Shown in pieces: positions 1-9,988 of a stretch of DNA of 64,000 nt. The DNA lies in assembly GCA_965217865.1 (NCBI GenBank), contig CBDCJO010000001.1, positions 288,001-352,000 on the forward strand, written 5' to 3'. The notes beneath the pieces were generated by a model that worked only from the letters and a program-made list of their open reading frames with translations, searched no databases and was not told the DNA's origin. The stretch's first letter is position 1. Each line of letters starts with the position of its first letter. Source of the DNA: Candidatus Latescibacterota bacterium. Its GTDB lineage: Bacteria > Latescibacterota > UBA2968 > SICM01. The position numbers and the translations under genes are program-made.

Positions 1-413
1 CCTTCCCGGGATGGGTTGCCTACGAAGAGATGTGCGGCGTGTGCTGGCGCGAGGGCTCCGCACACGGACGGTTCCACGAATTCGACGTCAAAATCATCGA
101 TCCCGATCACCCCGTCACCCGGGATCTTCCCGACCTCAAAGACCATCCCGATGAGCTCTACCACAACCTGCACCCCCAGCACGGCGCTCCTTATCACATT
201 CTTGCAACCGCCTACTCCGATCCCGCAACTGGGGGATCCGGGAAGGACGAACCGATGATCATCGTAAAGACACTCGGTCAGGGACGCATCTTCCACGATA
301 TCCTGGGACACGTCTGGGAAGGGGGCGACATGTCCGCGCTTGAAGATCCGCAATTCCAGAACCTGTTGATTCGGGGATGTGAGTGGGCGGCGACAGGAGA
401 AGTCACCGGGTAG
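1..413 (+). CDS. ThuA-like (trehalose utilisation) domain protein, 5'-truncated by the window
   Basis: ORF 30..413 with motifs DPDHPVTRDL, DELYHNL, GQGRIFHDILGH and LIRGCEWAA typical of ThuA C-termini. Confidence 0.75.
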   Translation, partial: FPGWVAYEEMCGVCWREGSAHGRFHEFDVKIIDPDHPVTRDLPDLKDHPDELYHNLHPQHGAPYHILATAYSDPATGGSGKDEPMIIVKTLGQGRIFHDILGHVWEGGDMSALEDPQFQNLLIRGCEWAATGEVTG

Positions 414-442
414 TGAATCAGAAAACGAGGAAAGGAACTGTC

Positions 443-3112
443 ATGTCAGAGGATACCAAACGGATCAAACTGACCGTCGAGAACGCAGGCGGGGTCGATC
501 GGACCGCCTGGCCGATCACACAGGGCGTGCCGTTTGCGGATGAAAACCTGAAAAAGGGGGGCCCCGTGAGGATCGTGGACGGAGACGGTCGGACCCTTCC
601 CACACAGTCCACCTGCCTGGCGACCTGGAACCGCAACCTGAAATATGTGAAGTGGCTCCTGGTGGACTTCCAGGCCGACCTCAAGGCCGACACGACCGAA
701 ACGCTCTTCCTCGAGTATGGTCCCGGCGTCGAGGAAGCCACCCCGGAACAGGGCGTCACGATATCGCAGGACGACAACCGCCTCCGGGTGGACACCGGAG
801 CAATCCGCCTGGATTTCCGGAGGGCGTCGGGTTTCCGCAGATCGATCCCCTCGATTCAGGCAACCCGAGACTTCCTATCCGGCTGCTGGATCAAGACCGA
901 AGAGGGATGGCACGACGTATTTCAGGGAAAGCCGGGGCCGTACCTTTATATGGTGGACGTGACAGGCAAAATCTACGATTCCTGTACTACCGCGCCGCCG
1001 CCCCGGGTGACCGTGGAAGACGCGGGCCCGATGCGCGTGTCGGTCTGCGTCAAAGGCCATCACGCCTCGTCCGACGGGGTCCGCCTCTGCCCCTACACCC
1101 TGCGCATCCACGCCTACGCGGGCAAAAGCGATCTCCGTTTCTTCCACACCTTCGTTTTCGACCAGAACCCGGAAGAGGTCGCGTTCTCCGAGGTCGGGAT
1201 GTTCTTCCCCCTGGACATCGGGGACAATCTTCGCATGGCCTTCGGGGGCCAGGAGAAAGCCCACTGGGCGACCCGATGGGAACACGGCCAGTTTTTCCAG
1301 TCCTCGGACCTGTCCTATCACGTATCTCGGGATCAGGAGCCCTACGGAGAGGGAGAAAAGACCCGGGGCTGGGCAAGCCTGTGCGGAAGCAGGGGATCCG
1401 CCTTCGTCGCGATCCGCGACTTCTGGCAGCAGTATCCGAAAGGATACGAGCTGACGCCCGAGGGGATCGACATCCAGCTCTGGCCCGGGGCCTACGATGA
1501 GCCCCTCGTCTTATCCACCCCCTGGCAGGAGTGCGAGGTCTTTTTCAGTGGACAATTCGGCGATCTGGCCGCCACGTGCAGAACCCGGGACGAAGCCGCG
1601 GTGAAGCAGCTGATCGAAGCCAATCCCACCGCCCCCCTCAACCTGAAAAGCTTTGACGTGCATAACCTCGACGACGTGCGATGGGTCGAGGAAATGGTGG
1701 AAAAGTACGCCCCGGACCGAACCGCTTCGCACAACGACACCGGGCTGAACGACGGCTCGGGCGCGGGCAAGACCCACGAGTTCGTCGTGCGCTTCTCTCC
1801 CGAACCGATCGACGATACGGAGGCCGAGACGCTCGGCATCTGCGTGCAGGAGCCCGTGATCGCGCCGGCCGATCCCGCCTACATGTACGGCACACACGCG
1901 GCGCGCGACGTCTTCGGAGGTCCCGATCCGCGATTCGAGGAATTGGACACGCTGATGGACGGCGTGACCGAGCGCGTGGCCATCGAGCCGATGCACCTTG
2001 GGAGGGCGTGGGGATTCTGGCGCTTCGGGAACATGTGCTGCTCCCACTCGGCCAGTCCCGGACTGGCCTGGCTCCTCCACTACCACACCGATCCGGTCAA
2101 AGGGCTCCGGTATGTGGGCCACTACAACAACGAAGCCGACAACCCCTGCTGGGGGCTCTGGACCCAGTTTTTGAGGACCGGTAACCGCCGATTCTTCATG
2201 GCCGCAAGCGGACACAGCCGGGCCATGGGCGAAGTCGGCATCTGCCACGCCCACTCGTGGAACCCGGAGGCCGTGGGCGTGATGCACTACCACAACGCGC
2301 ATCAGTGGACCGGTTCCTACAGCCCGTCCCACACCCTGAACCTGGCGCTGTTCCTCCACTACTACTTCACCGGGAACCGGCGCATGCGCGAGATCGCGCT
2401 GGAACCCGCGGACTGGGCCGTGCGACATCAGGAAGACGCCGGCATCATATCCTGCCGCAACGGCGTTCTCAACCGGGAGTTCACCGGCCCCCTGAACTGC
2501 GTGATCGAGGCCTACCTGGACACCTGGGCCATGAAGTACGAGGACCTTGCCCGACGGAGTCTCAACTGGCTCCTCCGCGCACAGGAAAGTCCCGGCGTAT
2601 GGCCGAGGAGCGTCTTCACCCGCGGAGACCGGGGGGACGAGCTTCACATCGACGGCGAATATGCGCCCCTGAACCACGGCGGTATCCTTTATCCGATCTT
2701 TTACGAAGGCCTTCGACATTTCGACAGTCCACTCCTGCGTGAGACCATCATAGCCGAAGCCGACATGGGATCAACCAGCGCGTGCGCCATCGCGTATGAG
2801 CTGACAGGAGACCCGATTTACGCAGCGCGATGCAAAAAAGACGCTCTCTCCTACTGCGAGCGCGCCCGGGGGATCGTGGAGCTGGACGAAAAGTGGTGCG
2901 ATGCGTTTTTCTCCGGGATCCGCAACGGCCTTTTCTCAGTCTACAAGGCCATCGGGGCCCGAGCGGAGGACAAGGACCCGGTGGCCTTTGCCGAGGCGGA
3001 GAAGAAACTTGAAGCCCTCGAGCGTTCCCGTCCGAAGAAGGAACCCAGGACAGGTCCACGTGAGGAGCCACCGGATCGGAAAGTTGGGATTATTGATGTT
3101 CACGACAGTTAG
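443..3112 (+). CDS. PcRGLX/YetA-like exo-rhamnogalacturonan-lyase-family protein
   Basis: AGGAAAGGA RBS before ATG 443; N-terminal PITQGVPF...W...VKWLLVDFQA RIFT-like domain, FWQQYPK motif, helical barrel C-terminus. Confidence 0.6.
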   Translation: MSEDTKRIKLTVENAGGVDRTAWPITQGVPFADENLKKGGPVRIVDGDGRTLPTQSTCLATWNRNLKYVKWLLVDFQADLKADTTETLFLEYGPGVEEATPEQGVTISQDDNRLRVDTGAIRLDFRRASGFRRSIPSIQATRDFLSGCWIKTEEGWHDVFQGKPGPYLYMVDVTGKIYDSCTTAPPPRVTVEDAGPMRVSVCVKGHHASSDGVRLCPYTLRIHAYAGKSDLRFFHTFVFDQNPEEVAFSEVGMFFPLDIGDNLRMAFGGQEKAHWATRWEHGQFFQSSDLSYHVSRDQEPYGEGEKTRGWASLCGSRGSAFVAIRDFWQQYPKGYELTPEGIDIQLWPGAYDEPLVLSTPWQECEVFFSGQFGDLAATCRTRDEAAVKQLIEANPTAPLNLKSFDVHNLDDVRWVEEMVEKYAPDRTASHNDTGLNDGSGAGKTHEFVVRFSPEPIDDTEAETLGICVQEPVIAPADPAYMYGTHAARDVFGGPDPRFEELDTLMDGVTERVAIEPMHLGRAWGFWRFGNMCCSHSASPGLAWLLHYHTDPVKGLRYVGHYNNEADNPCWGLWTQFLRTGNRRFFMAASGHSRAMGEVGICHAHSWNPEAVGVMHYHNAHQWTGSYSPSHTLNLALFLHYYFTGNRRMREIALEPADWAVRHQEDAGIISCRNGVLNREFTGPLNCVIEAYLDTWAMKYEDLARRSLNWLLRAQESPGVWPRSVFTRGDRGDELHIDGEYAPLNHGGILYPIFYEGLRHFDSPLLRETIIAEADMGSTSACAIAYELTGDPIYAARCKKDALSYCERARGIVELDEKWCDAFFSGIRNGLFSVYKAIGARAEDKDPVAFAEAEKKLEALERSRPKKEPRTGPREEPPDRKVGIIDVHDS

Positions 3113-3132
3113 ACTCTATAACCTGTTTTAAG

Positions 3133-3161
3133 TTGACACCTTTCCCGAGGTGTCTTATATT
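3133..3161 (+). promoter_or_regulatory. sigma70-type promoter for the tRNA-Ser pair
   Basis: TTGACA (3133-3138), 17-bp spacer, TATATT (3156-3161), 12 nt before the tRNA. Confidence 0.75.
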
Positions 3162-3173
3162 TTTCTCAGTCCA

Positions 3174-3260
3174 GGAGGGCTAGTCCTAATTGGTAAGGCA
3201 TCGGCCTTGAAAGCCGACGGGCGCAAGCCCTTGTGGGTTCGAGTCCCTCGCCCTCCGCCA
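3174..3260 (+). tRNA. tRNA-Ser(TGA)
   Basis: Acceptor GGAGGGC/GCCCTCC, anticodon arm TCGGC-CTTGAAA-GCCGA, long variable arm, GTTCGAGTC T-loop, encoded CCA. Confidence 0.93.
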
Positions 3261-3333
3261 AAAAAAGTCACGAGCCACGGGTCTCGGCTTCGGACTCTGG
3301 ATACGTGACCCTGGACACGCGGCTTATCTACTT

Positions 3334-3424
<91 letters not shown>

Positions 3425-3575
3425 ATAATTTATATAAGTTGTTTATAAATAAAACATTATATACAAAAAATAAATCTATTCCCCCCATTTTTACCTCCAT
3501 TATTGAACGGAATGAACGGGACCATACTGGACTTTCCTGGTTGAAGCCACGGACCAAACAAGATAGCACATCCCC

Positions 3576-3655
3576 ATGGCTCTGCTCGCATTCGACACCC
3601 TCATGGCAGCGAAGCCCTCAGGGAAGCAGGGTTCGAGGAAGCCCAGTCGAAGCCA
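3576..3655 (+). pseudogene. CCDC90/DUF1640-like N-terminal fragment
   Basis: MALLAFDT..A(K)ALREAGFEEAQ read across a frameshift. Confidence 0.45.
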
Positions 3656-3689
3656 TCGGTCGTCCGGGTAGATAGGGCACTCAAAGACC

Positions 3690-3810
3690 AACTCGGCATC
3701 GCCGATGGTTTCGCCCCGCGGAGAACGTTTATGTGTTTGATCCGTGTTGCGCCAGTGGGGCCTATCTGGTCGAGGTGCTACGCCGCATCGCCGCCAATCT
3801 CGAAGGCCTC
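3690..3810 (+). pseudogene. N6-DNA methyltransferase (type ISP/IIG-like) fragment
   Basis: ENVYVFDPCCASGAYLVEVLRRIAANL is a degenerate SAM-binding motif I; no flanking domains. Confidence 0.55.
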
Positions 3811-3986
3811 GCTCTCGAATCGTGGCGGTCGTTTATCCTCGAACGGCTAACAATTCACCTAATGCGCCCGTTTGGCTCTCTCTTCCATCCGCCGACGAAA
3901 CCTATCTATGGCAATAATATACTTGACTCAGTGGTCGAGGGTGCCTACGATGGTGCTGCGTAGTGACCGCCACGGAGGTGCGCCGA

Positions 3987-5660
3987 ATGGGGATCATCCA
4001 AGTCCAGCACATTAAGGCTGCGTGTAAGCAGCGGTTTTATGAGATTGTCGACACAACAGACCTTCCACTAACGATGTCGCCAGAAGATAGGGCCGACAAC
4101 ATCCTGTCCCGCTCCCTTGCAGCATTTGTCGTTGCTGAGTTGTCTAGATGCGATGACAGGATTGCTGCTAATGCCGTTGTTGATGAGTTTCAAGACGACG
4201 GTATAGACGCGTTTCATTACGACAGAGAAGAGCATGTGTGCTATCTCGTCCAATCCAAATGGCGCAAGAACGGCTCTGGCGGCGTCGATGTGGGGGCGGT
4301 CCTTAAGTTTATTCAGGGGATCAATCACCTTCTGGAGGCAAAGGTCGAGAGTCTTGGTCCTAAGCTACAAGCTAAGAATTCTGATATTAGTGATGCGCTC
4401 GGGGACTCTCTCGCGAGATTCGTCCTTTGCATCGCATGTACAGGGCAACAGAAACTCTCACCGGAAACTCAAAAGCCTCTAAGGCAACTCCTAACAGAGT
4501 TGAACGAAGATGACGAACTGGTCACTCTTCGTGTCCTCCTACAGAAGGACCTGCATGACATAGTCGCTCATCATGCCGTCGGCGAGTCAGTAGACCTAAC
4601 GGTAATGCTGCATGAGTATGGGGTCGTCAAGACACCATATCGGGCGTTCTACGGACAGCTCGAAGTTAGAGACATCTCGGAATGGGCAAGCTATGGCGAC
4701 CACCTTTACCATCGGAACATTCGTGGATTCAAAGGCAGCACGGATGTGAATGCCGCAATCGTCGACACGCTTCACAACAGGCCCGATAACTTTTGGTATT
4801 TCAACAACGGAATCACCATCCTCTGCTCCCAGCTCACCAAACAGCCAATCGGTGGCAAGTCTAAAGACAGTGGTGTGTTTGAGTGCAAAGGGGCAAGCAT
4901 CGTCAACGGTGCGCAGACGGTTGGAAGCGTAATCGCGGCCTTGAACGATGAGGTGCCAGTTGAACACGCAAGGGTAGTGGTCCGCCTGATATCTCTTGAA
5001 AATTGTCCAGATGGATTCGGCTCTGAATTAACTCGGGCCACCAATACTCAGAACCGAATCGAAAAGCGGGACTTTGCCGCTCTCGATCCGAATCAACCCC
5101 GCCTACGCACAGAGCTACTGCTCTCCTTCAACAAAGAGTACGCCTATAAGACTGGAGAGGCCCAACCAAGTTCAGATGCTGGTTGCACCCTAGATGAGGC
5201 CTCGGTGGCTCTTGCATGCGCCTACGATGATGTGAGTTATTGTGTTCAAGCTAAACGCGAAATCGGGCGACTATACGACAACATCAAGCAGCCGCCATAC
5301 ACGAAGCTGTTTAACAGCTCGCTCACGGCGCTAAGGCTATGGAAGTCCGTCCAGATACTTCGAATCGTGGAAAGCAAATTAAAGCAGTCTAGATCTTCAC
5401 TAGAGGGACGCGCGAAGCTCATATCTGTTCATGGTAACCGATTTGTCTTGCATCTGATTTTTAGATCGATTGGCCCAGATGTGCTCAACGATCAATCAGG
5501 CATTGACGAAGAATTGACCAAGCTGATAACTGGCGAGACCGAAACTGTTGTAGCTGCCGTCATCGATGCAGTTGGGGAGCTGTTCCATTCAAGCTATGCA
5601 GGCAGTCTTTTCAAGAACCAGACGAAGTGCAAAGCATTGCTGGCCAAGGTGACAAAGTGA
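3987..5660 (+). CDS. AIPR (abortive infection phage resistance) family protein
   Basis: GGAGG RBS; N-terminal DDGIDA..LVQSKW nuclease-like motif; NIRGFKG, FWYFNNGITILC, IVNGAQT and NTQN AIPR motifs. Confidence 0.9.
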   Translation: MGIIQVQHIKAACKQRFYEIVDTTDLPLTMSPEDRADNILSRSLAAFVVAELSRCDDRIAANAVVDEFQDDGIDAFHYDREEHVCYLVQSKWRKNGSGGVDVGAVLKFIQGINHLLEAKVESLGPKLQAKNSDISDALGDSLARFVLCIACTGQQKLSPETQKPLRQLLTELNEDDELVTLRVLLQKDLHDIVAHHAVGESVDLTVMLHEYGVVKTPYRAFYGQLEVRDISEWASYGDHLYHRNIRGFKGSTDVNAAIVDTLHNRPDNFWYFNNGITILCSQLTKQPIGGKSKDSGVFECKGASIVNGAQTVGSVIAALNDEVPVEHARVVVRLISLENCPDGFGSELTRATNTQNRIEKRDFAALDPNQPRLRTELLLSFNKEYAYKTGEAQPSSDAGCTLDEASVALACAYDDVSYCVQAKREIGRLYDNIKQPPYTKLFNSSLTALRLWKSVQILRIVESKLKQSRSSLEGRAKLISVHGNRFVLHLIFRSIGPDVLNDQSGIDEELTKLITGETETVVAAVIDAVGELFHSSYAGSLFKNQTKCKALLAKVTK

Positions 5661-5733
5661 AAATTGCAGATAATGGAATAACGGAGCGTGATCGGTTCGA
5701 TGCCGTAGTCGGAAAATTGCTTAGCGTGTCCTA

Positions 5734-5960
5734 GAAAAGCGACCGTGGGGGGGACAGTGGAGCGGGACAACGGAGTTGCAACAGTGGAGTGCGAAAGTCA
5801 CACGAATGGGGGGAGTTCAGGGAGTTCCTTCAAGGTGTTGTCTAATGCGGGGAGTTCCTTCAGGGTGTCGCATCAGGTCAAACGCGGGGAGGGGGAAGTC
5901 CTTCCAGAGACCATCGAGCATCTTCGCCCTCACGAGGCTTGAGTTTCGGCTTCCTTCGGC
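5734..5960. repeat. ~230-bp repeat, second copy at ~29768-29991
   Basis: Near-identical AGAAAAGCGACCGTGGGGGGGACAGTGGAGCGGGACA...GGGAGTTCCTTCAAG..TTGTCTAATGCGGGGAGTTCCTTCAG...GCTTCCTTCGGCG. Confidence 0.85.
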
Positions 5961-5982
5961 GAACCCTCATTTCCGGTCTCCT

Positions 5983-8337
5983 TTAGGGTCGTGATAGAAC
6001 ATCCTCGCGTGCCCGAGCTTCGGCTTCCTCGCGAGTCATTCCGCCTTCATATTGCATGATCCCCTTGCGTTCATCCAACGCCTCATCGAACGCCTCTTGA
6101 TCTTCGTCACAAGTGTTCTTTACGCTGGAATCGCTCTTGGAGGGTGTTTCAACCCGTGACACCGTGACATCCTTTTGTTTACAAGGGATTGCGCGATCTT
6201 CAACCCGTGACGCCGAACCATCCATGTCACGGGTTGAAACGCTCACAACTCCTTGTTTTTTATCACATGTCACGGGATCACGGGTTGAAGGGGGGGGTAT
6301 GTGCTCGTTCGGCTTGGGAACATCGTCCGAGTCGTCCTCCAGGTAGCTTTCCCATGCAGGGAAGAACCACCCCCACAGGTAGCCCTTTCCCCTTTCCGGC
6401 CCATCCCTAAAGTCTCCGCTATGGATCTCGTATTTATTCAAGAGTCTTCCCCGTGCTGTGGATGAAATCGGATTCCCGTTACTATAGTGCTTCCAGGGTC
6501 TTTCTTCAAGCTTGTGCAGGTATTCGTCCAGATCCTTTGAAAGAATGCGATCCGGTGGACTCTCTCCCCGATCTTTCGCCGTTTCCAGTTTGGCCTTGTA
6601 CAGGGCCCGTATGTCGGCCAGCAATAGATTCCCTATATTGTCATCCTCGGGCTGCTTCTTGCTCCGCGTCTTCATTGAGCGGACCGCATGCCGCGCCCGC
6701 TGGGGCCAATCGCCGCCCACCAGGTCGGCCACCTTCACCAGTTCACGACAGTTGTCTTCCTCCCGGTCGTTGAGGAAGGACAACTCTTCCGGATCGACAT
6801 CGGCTTGCCGAAACTCGGACATCTTCTCTTGGGCGAATCGTTCGGCTCGCTCCTTCCAGTCCTCCCCAACCGGATCCTTGGATGCCCGCCATCGTTCGAT
6901 CTTGGCATTCTTGGGCTTTCGTCGCATCCGTATCGTGATGGACCTGCTCCGGACGGTTTCAGGGATCTTGCCGATGGCGGCATACGCTTTCGATCCCCAT
7001 ACCGAGAATCGTTTTACTTCCTCCCCGTCGCCGCCTTCCCGTGGCGCTCTCAGCACGAAGGCAAACTTCCGGGTGTGACCCGCATTCAAAATACCTCTCA
7101 ACTCCTCTGACCTCTCGCTCGCCCTCCCGGTTCCGAACAAGGAGGCATCGCCCTCGTCGATCAACAGGGTCGGATCCCCGACATCGATGCTACGGAACAA
7201 CGCTGCCGGGGTGATGTTCGAGGTTGTCAGAGGGTTCTTCACCGAATCATGGAGCAGTTCGAGCGCCCGCGTTTTTCCGCATTGCTTCTCGGGACTGACG
7301 AATCCCAACAGTGGGCAACATTCGGCCCCGTCAACGAACCAGGTATGCAGCGTCCACAGGACCATCAGGACGTAATCCTCCGGATGTTCCAACCACAGGA
7401 ACCGCTTGTAGATGTTCGACAACTCGTCCGCCATGACCACGGCGTCTACCGGGTCTTGATGAACAGGCGGCGATTCGACTCGGACAGGTGCCGGCTTCGG
7501 GAAGGCTGTATCCAACTCATCCTGCAAGGCTTCCCTCTTCTTCGGAAATTCCGAAAAGGACGCATCCAGAGTCTTGGCCGACAGGGCCAGTTTCTGTTTC
7601 TTCCCGATTTTCAAGGCATCATCCCGGACGGCCAGTCTGATGTCTTCCGGTTCGTCATGGACGGCCGCCGCCAACTGCTCCAGGGTCGGGAGCAGGTCCA
7701 GCGCCGGTGTGCCTTCTTTGAAGCCCTTCAGTTGGGCCAGAACCTCCACATGAGGCATCCAGACCAGGCGCTTCTGATCCTGCAGGTAGCTCTTGATCCT
7801 CTGCACGTCCCAGCCTTCTTTTTCGATAGCATCCGCACAGTCCCACTTTGGGGGCCGGTTCGCCTCCGGCAAGATTATCGAGTATGATGCAACCCCGACC
7901 GCTTGCAGTTCTTTCAACATGCTCCACGTCACTTGAACCCCGGGATGATCCGCGTCCGGCCACAAGATCACGTGACGGCCTTCGAGGCAATGCCAATCGG
8001 TCTTTTCGACGGCTCCCGTTCCGCCCATCCAGGCGAGCACGTCCCAATCCTTATCCTTGAGTTCGCCGGCTGCCGCATCCGCGCACTTTTCGCCTTCGAC
8101 GATCAGCACCGTCCGTTCGTCGGCGATCAACGTCTCGATGCGATAAGGATAGCGATCCCCGGGCATGCCATGCACCCACTCCTTGCCATCGAGCCGGTAA
8201 GGATCGGCCTTGCGGTCGGGGTAACGATCGGGGTAACGATAGACCCGCGCGTACTCATTCCCGTCAGGGTCGCGGTAAGAGTATTCGGCCTCGAATTCCG
8301 TAGGCAGGTTGACCGGCACCAGGTCGCTTTCTTTCAC
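5983..8337 (-). CDS. TOPRIM primase plus DUF3631-type helicase/replication protein
   Basis: TOPRIM VEGEKCADAA, WPDAD, KWDCAD; SPEKQCGKT, PTLLIDE, LRGILNAGH, SRSITIRMRRK; likely GTG start overlapping the upstream stop. Confidence 0.85.
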   Translation of the reverse strand: MKESDLVPVNLPTEFEAEYSYRDPDGNEYARVYRYPDRYPDRKADPYRLDGKEWVHGMPGDRYPYRIETLIADERTVLIVEGEKCADAAAGELKDKDWDVLAWMGGTGAVEKTDWHCLEGRHVILWPDADHPGVQVTWSMLKELQAVGVASYSIILPEANRPPKWDCADAIEKEGWDVQRIKSYLQDQKRLVWMPHVEVLAQLKGFKEGTPALDLLPTLEQLAAAVHDEPEDIRLAVRDDALKIGKKQKLALSAKTLDASFSEFPKKREALQDELDTAFPKPAPVRVESPPVHQDPVDAVVMADELSNIYKRFLWLEHPEDYVLMVLWTLHTWFVDGAECCPLLGFVSPEKQCGKTRALELLHDSVKNPLTTSNITPAALFRSIDVGDPTLLIDEGDASLFGTGRASERSEELRGILNAGHTRKFAFVLRAPREGGDGEEVKRFSVWGSKAYAAIGKIPETVRSRSITIRMRRKPKNAKIERWRASKDPVGEDWKERAERFAQEKMSEFRQADVDPEELSFLNDREEDNCRELVKVADLVGGDWPQRARHAVRSMKTRSKKQPEDDNIGNLLLADIRALYKAKLETAKDRGESPPDRILSKDLDEYLHKLEERPWKHYSNGNPISSTARGRLLNKYEIHSGDFRDGPERGKGYLWGWFFPAWESYLEDDSDDVPKPNEHIPPPSTRDPVTCDKKQGVVSVSTRDMDGSASRVEDRAIPCKQKDVTVSRVETPSKSDSSVKNTCDEDQEAFDEALDERKGIMQYEGGMTREEAEARAREDVLSRP

Positions 8338-8555
8338 GCTGACGGCCTCCGTAAGCCGCCCGATTCCAAGCAGACGGCCGCGAGAATCGCCTTGTAATCG
8401 CAGCCCGCATGACAATAGACCAGGACTTTCCCGTTGTCACACTCGCGGATAGACAGGGATGGGCTCCTGTCGTCATGCGCCGGACATTTTGCCGTCCATT
8501 TGCGCTCGCCAACCGAGCGGACGCCTCTCAGGCGGTCAAGAATCTGAAGGCTCAT
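8334..8555 (-). CDS. Stand-alone primase zinc-binding domain (CHC2-like)
   Basis: CPAHDDRSPSLSI...CHAGC; paralog at 39992-40231. Confidence 0.8.
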   Translation of the reverse strand: MSLQILDRLRGVRSVGERKWTAKCPAHDDRSPSLSIRECDNGKVLVYCHAGCDYKAILAAVCLESGGLRRPSA

Positions 8556-8557
8556 GG

Positions 8558-8779
8558 TCAGGCCGTCCTCCCGGGGTTGAACACTTCGTCCGGGTTGGCT
8601 ACGGTCTGCTGTGCAATCCAGCGATCGATGTCTTCTTCCTTCCACGCCACAGCGCGCTTTCCAATGCGCATCGGTCGAGGAAACGTCCTCTCGTTCATTT
8701 TGGTGTAGATCGTGCCTCGGGAAAGACCGGTGCGGGCTTCGACCTCGGGCCGGCGTAAGAAGCGGTGGTTGATCATCAT
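8558..8779 (-). CDS. alpA: AlpA family regulator / recombination directionality factor
   Basis: FLRRPEVEARTGLSRGTIY...FPRPMRIGKRAVAW. Confidence 0.93.
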   Translation of the reverse strand: MMINHRFLRRPEVEARTGLSRGTIYTKMNERTFPRPMRIGKRAVAWKEEDIDRWIAQQTVANPDEVFNPGRTA

Positions 8780-8993
8780 CTCGGCTTCCTCCTGATTTAG
8801 GGGTTATGGTTTGGTGTTGATTTCTTCCAAATGAATGGAAACGGTTGCAAGAGCGCAAACGAACCCAATGGATTGATTTCGTTTTCGAGACCACCAGGCA
8901 CAAGTTGAGGGCAAAGAAAAGAGGGTAAAGCAATGGATACTTTACCCTCAAACGAAACCATCCAGATATGTCAACTGCGCCGTGGGGGGTGCC

Positions 8994-9668
8994 TCACTCG
9001 GGAAGATTCATATCGACCTGGTCGAGAAGATTCTTGATCTGTTCGCCAACCCAGGCCCGGAACCCGGTAGGGTCGCCGGAATACTTTCCTAACGCTTCTC
9101 TAAGTTTGGACAATCTGGAAGATTGCCACACCTTGCACACCGCCGCGTATTTCATGCTTCTACACTTTGCTACATAGCGGCAGGCGGAGATGCGGTCGTG
9201 GTCGCCAACTATCATCCCTTGATCATCTTTCTCCACCACAATCGTCGTGGACGTCGCGGGGATCCCATAAAGTTCCAGCTGCTTAACCTCCAACACAATG
9301 AAAATGTCACGGAAGATGTTCTTCGTGCCGTCCGCGCCGCCGTCGCCTCCTTTCTTCCGCTTCGGCGGTTTGCGTTTTCCCCACACAACATCATTTGCCC
9401 AATCCGACAACTCTACTGGAACAGGAAGGTCGTACTCCGTCAAGGTCTGATGCAGGAATTGCAAACCTTCCCATGCGATAAAATGTTCCGTAGATTCTGC
9501 GATCCACGTCCGGAGCACCAGGTCGGAATCAGGATCGTTGGAAAACCACGAACTGGTTAGCATGCCGGACGGCCACTTAGCAAAGAATTCGGAGCACCAG
9601 GTCGGAATCAGAATCGGAGTAAAACAGATGCCGGACGGATGCTGATCGAGGAATTCGGATTTATTCAT
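8994..9668 (-). CDS. Hypothetical protein, integrase-linked family X (copy 1)
   Basis: Shares AWxGLQ, RKxPKRK, N..RD..IV, PAT and SAC..VA...MKY..V.K.WQ with 31634-32320 and 33219-33875. Confidence 0.7.
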   Translation of the reverse strand: MNKSEFLDQHPSGICFTPILIPTWCSEFFAKWPSGMLTSSWFSNDPDSDLVLRTWIAESTEHFIAWEGLQFLHQTLTEYDLPVPVELSDWANDVVWGKRKPPKRKKGGDGGADGTKNIFRDIFIVLEVKQLELYGIPATSTTIVVEKDDQGMIVGDHDRISACRYVAKCRSMKYAAVCKVWQSSRLSKLREALGKYSGDPTGFRAWVGEQIKNLLDQVDMNLPE

Positions 9669-9988
9669 TTTGTGATGCGCTTCTCTGCGAGCGGGTCGCC
9701 GCCCGAGCGGGCCAGCCTGCGGTTGTCAAAAGCCTTCTCGCGGGCTTCGGCCAGCGAGACGAGGGGAAAGCCGCTCAGACCGAGCTCGCGCCGGCGTCCG
9801 CGAATCGTCAGCCGCTGCACCCAGCAGCGCGCCCCGGTCGGCGTGACAAGCAGATAGAGCTCGTTTTCGTCGACAAAGGCTGCGCTCAGTAACTTATACT
9901 TCACTCTGTTTTCACCAGAGAGCTTCAACCGTTTCGAGATCTCCTTGTCCGCCGCGTCAAGAGTGGTTTTCAACCATTTTTCATCCAT
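9665..9988 (-). CDS. Stand-alone integrase arm-DNA-binding domain protein (107 aa)
   Basis: LYLLVTPTGARCWVQRLTIRGRRRELGLSGFPLVSLAEARE...GGDP; start overlaps the int stop, stop overlaps the next ATG. Confidence 0.6.
   Translation of the reverse strand: MDEKWLKTTLDAADKEISKRLKLSGENRVKYKLLSAAFVDENELYLLVTPTGARCWVQRLTIRGRRRELGLSGFPLVSLAEAREKAFDNRRLARSGGDPLAEKRITK

Noticed and set aside
3174-3260. tRNA-Sec or suppressor tRNA
   Set aside because: Anticodon is TGA (reads UCA, Ser); tRNA-Sec needs TCA
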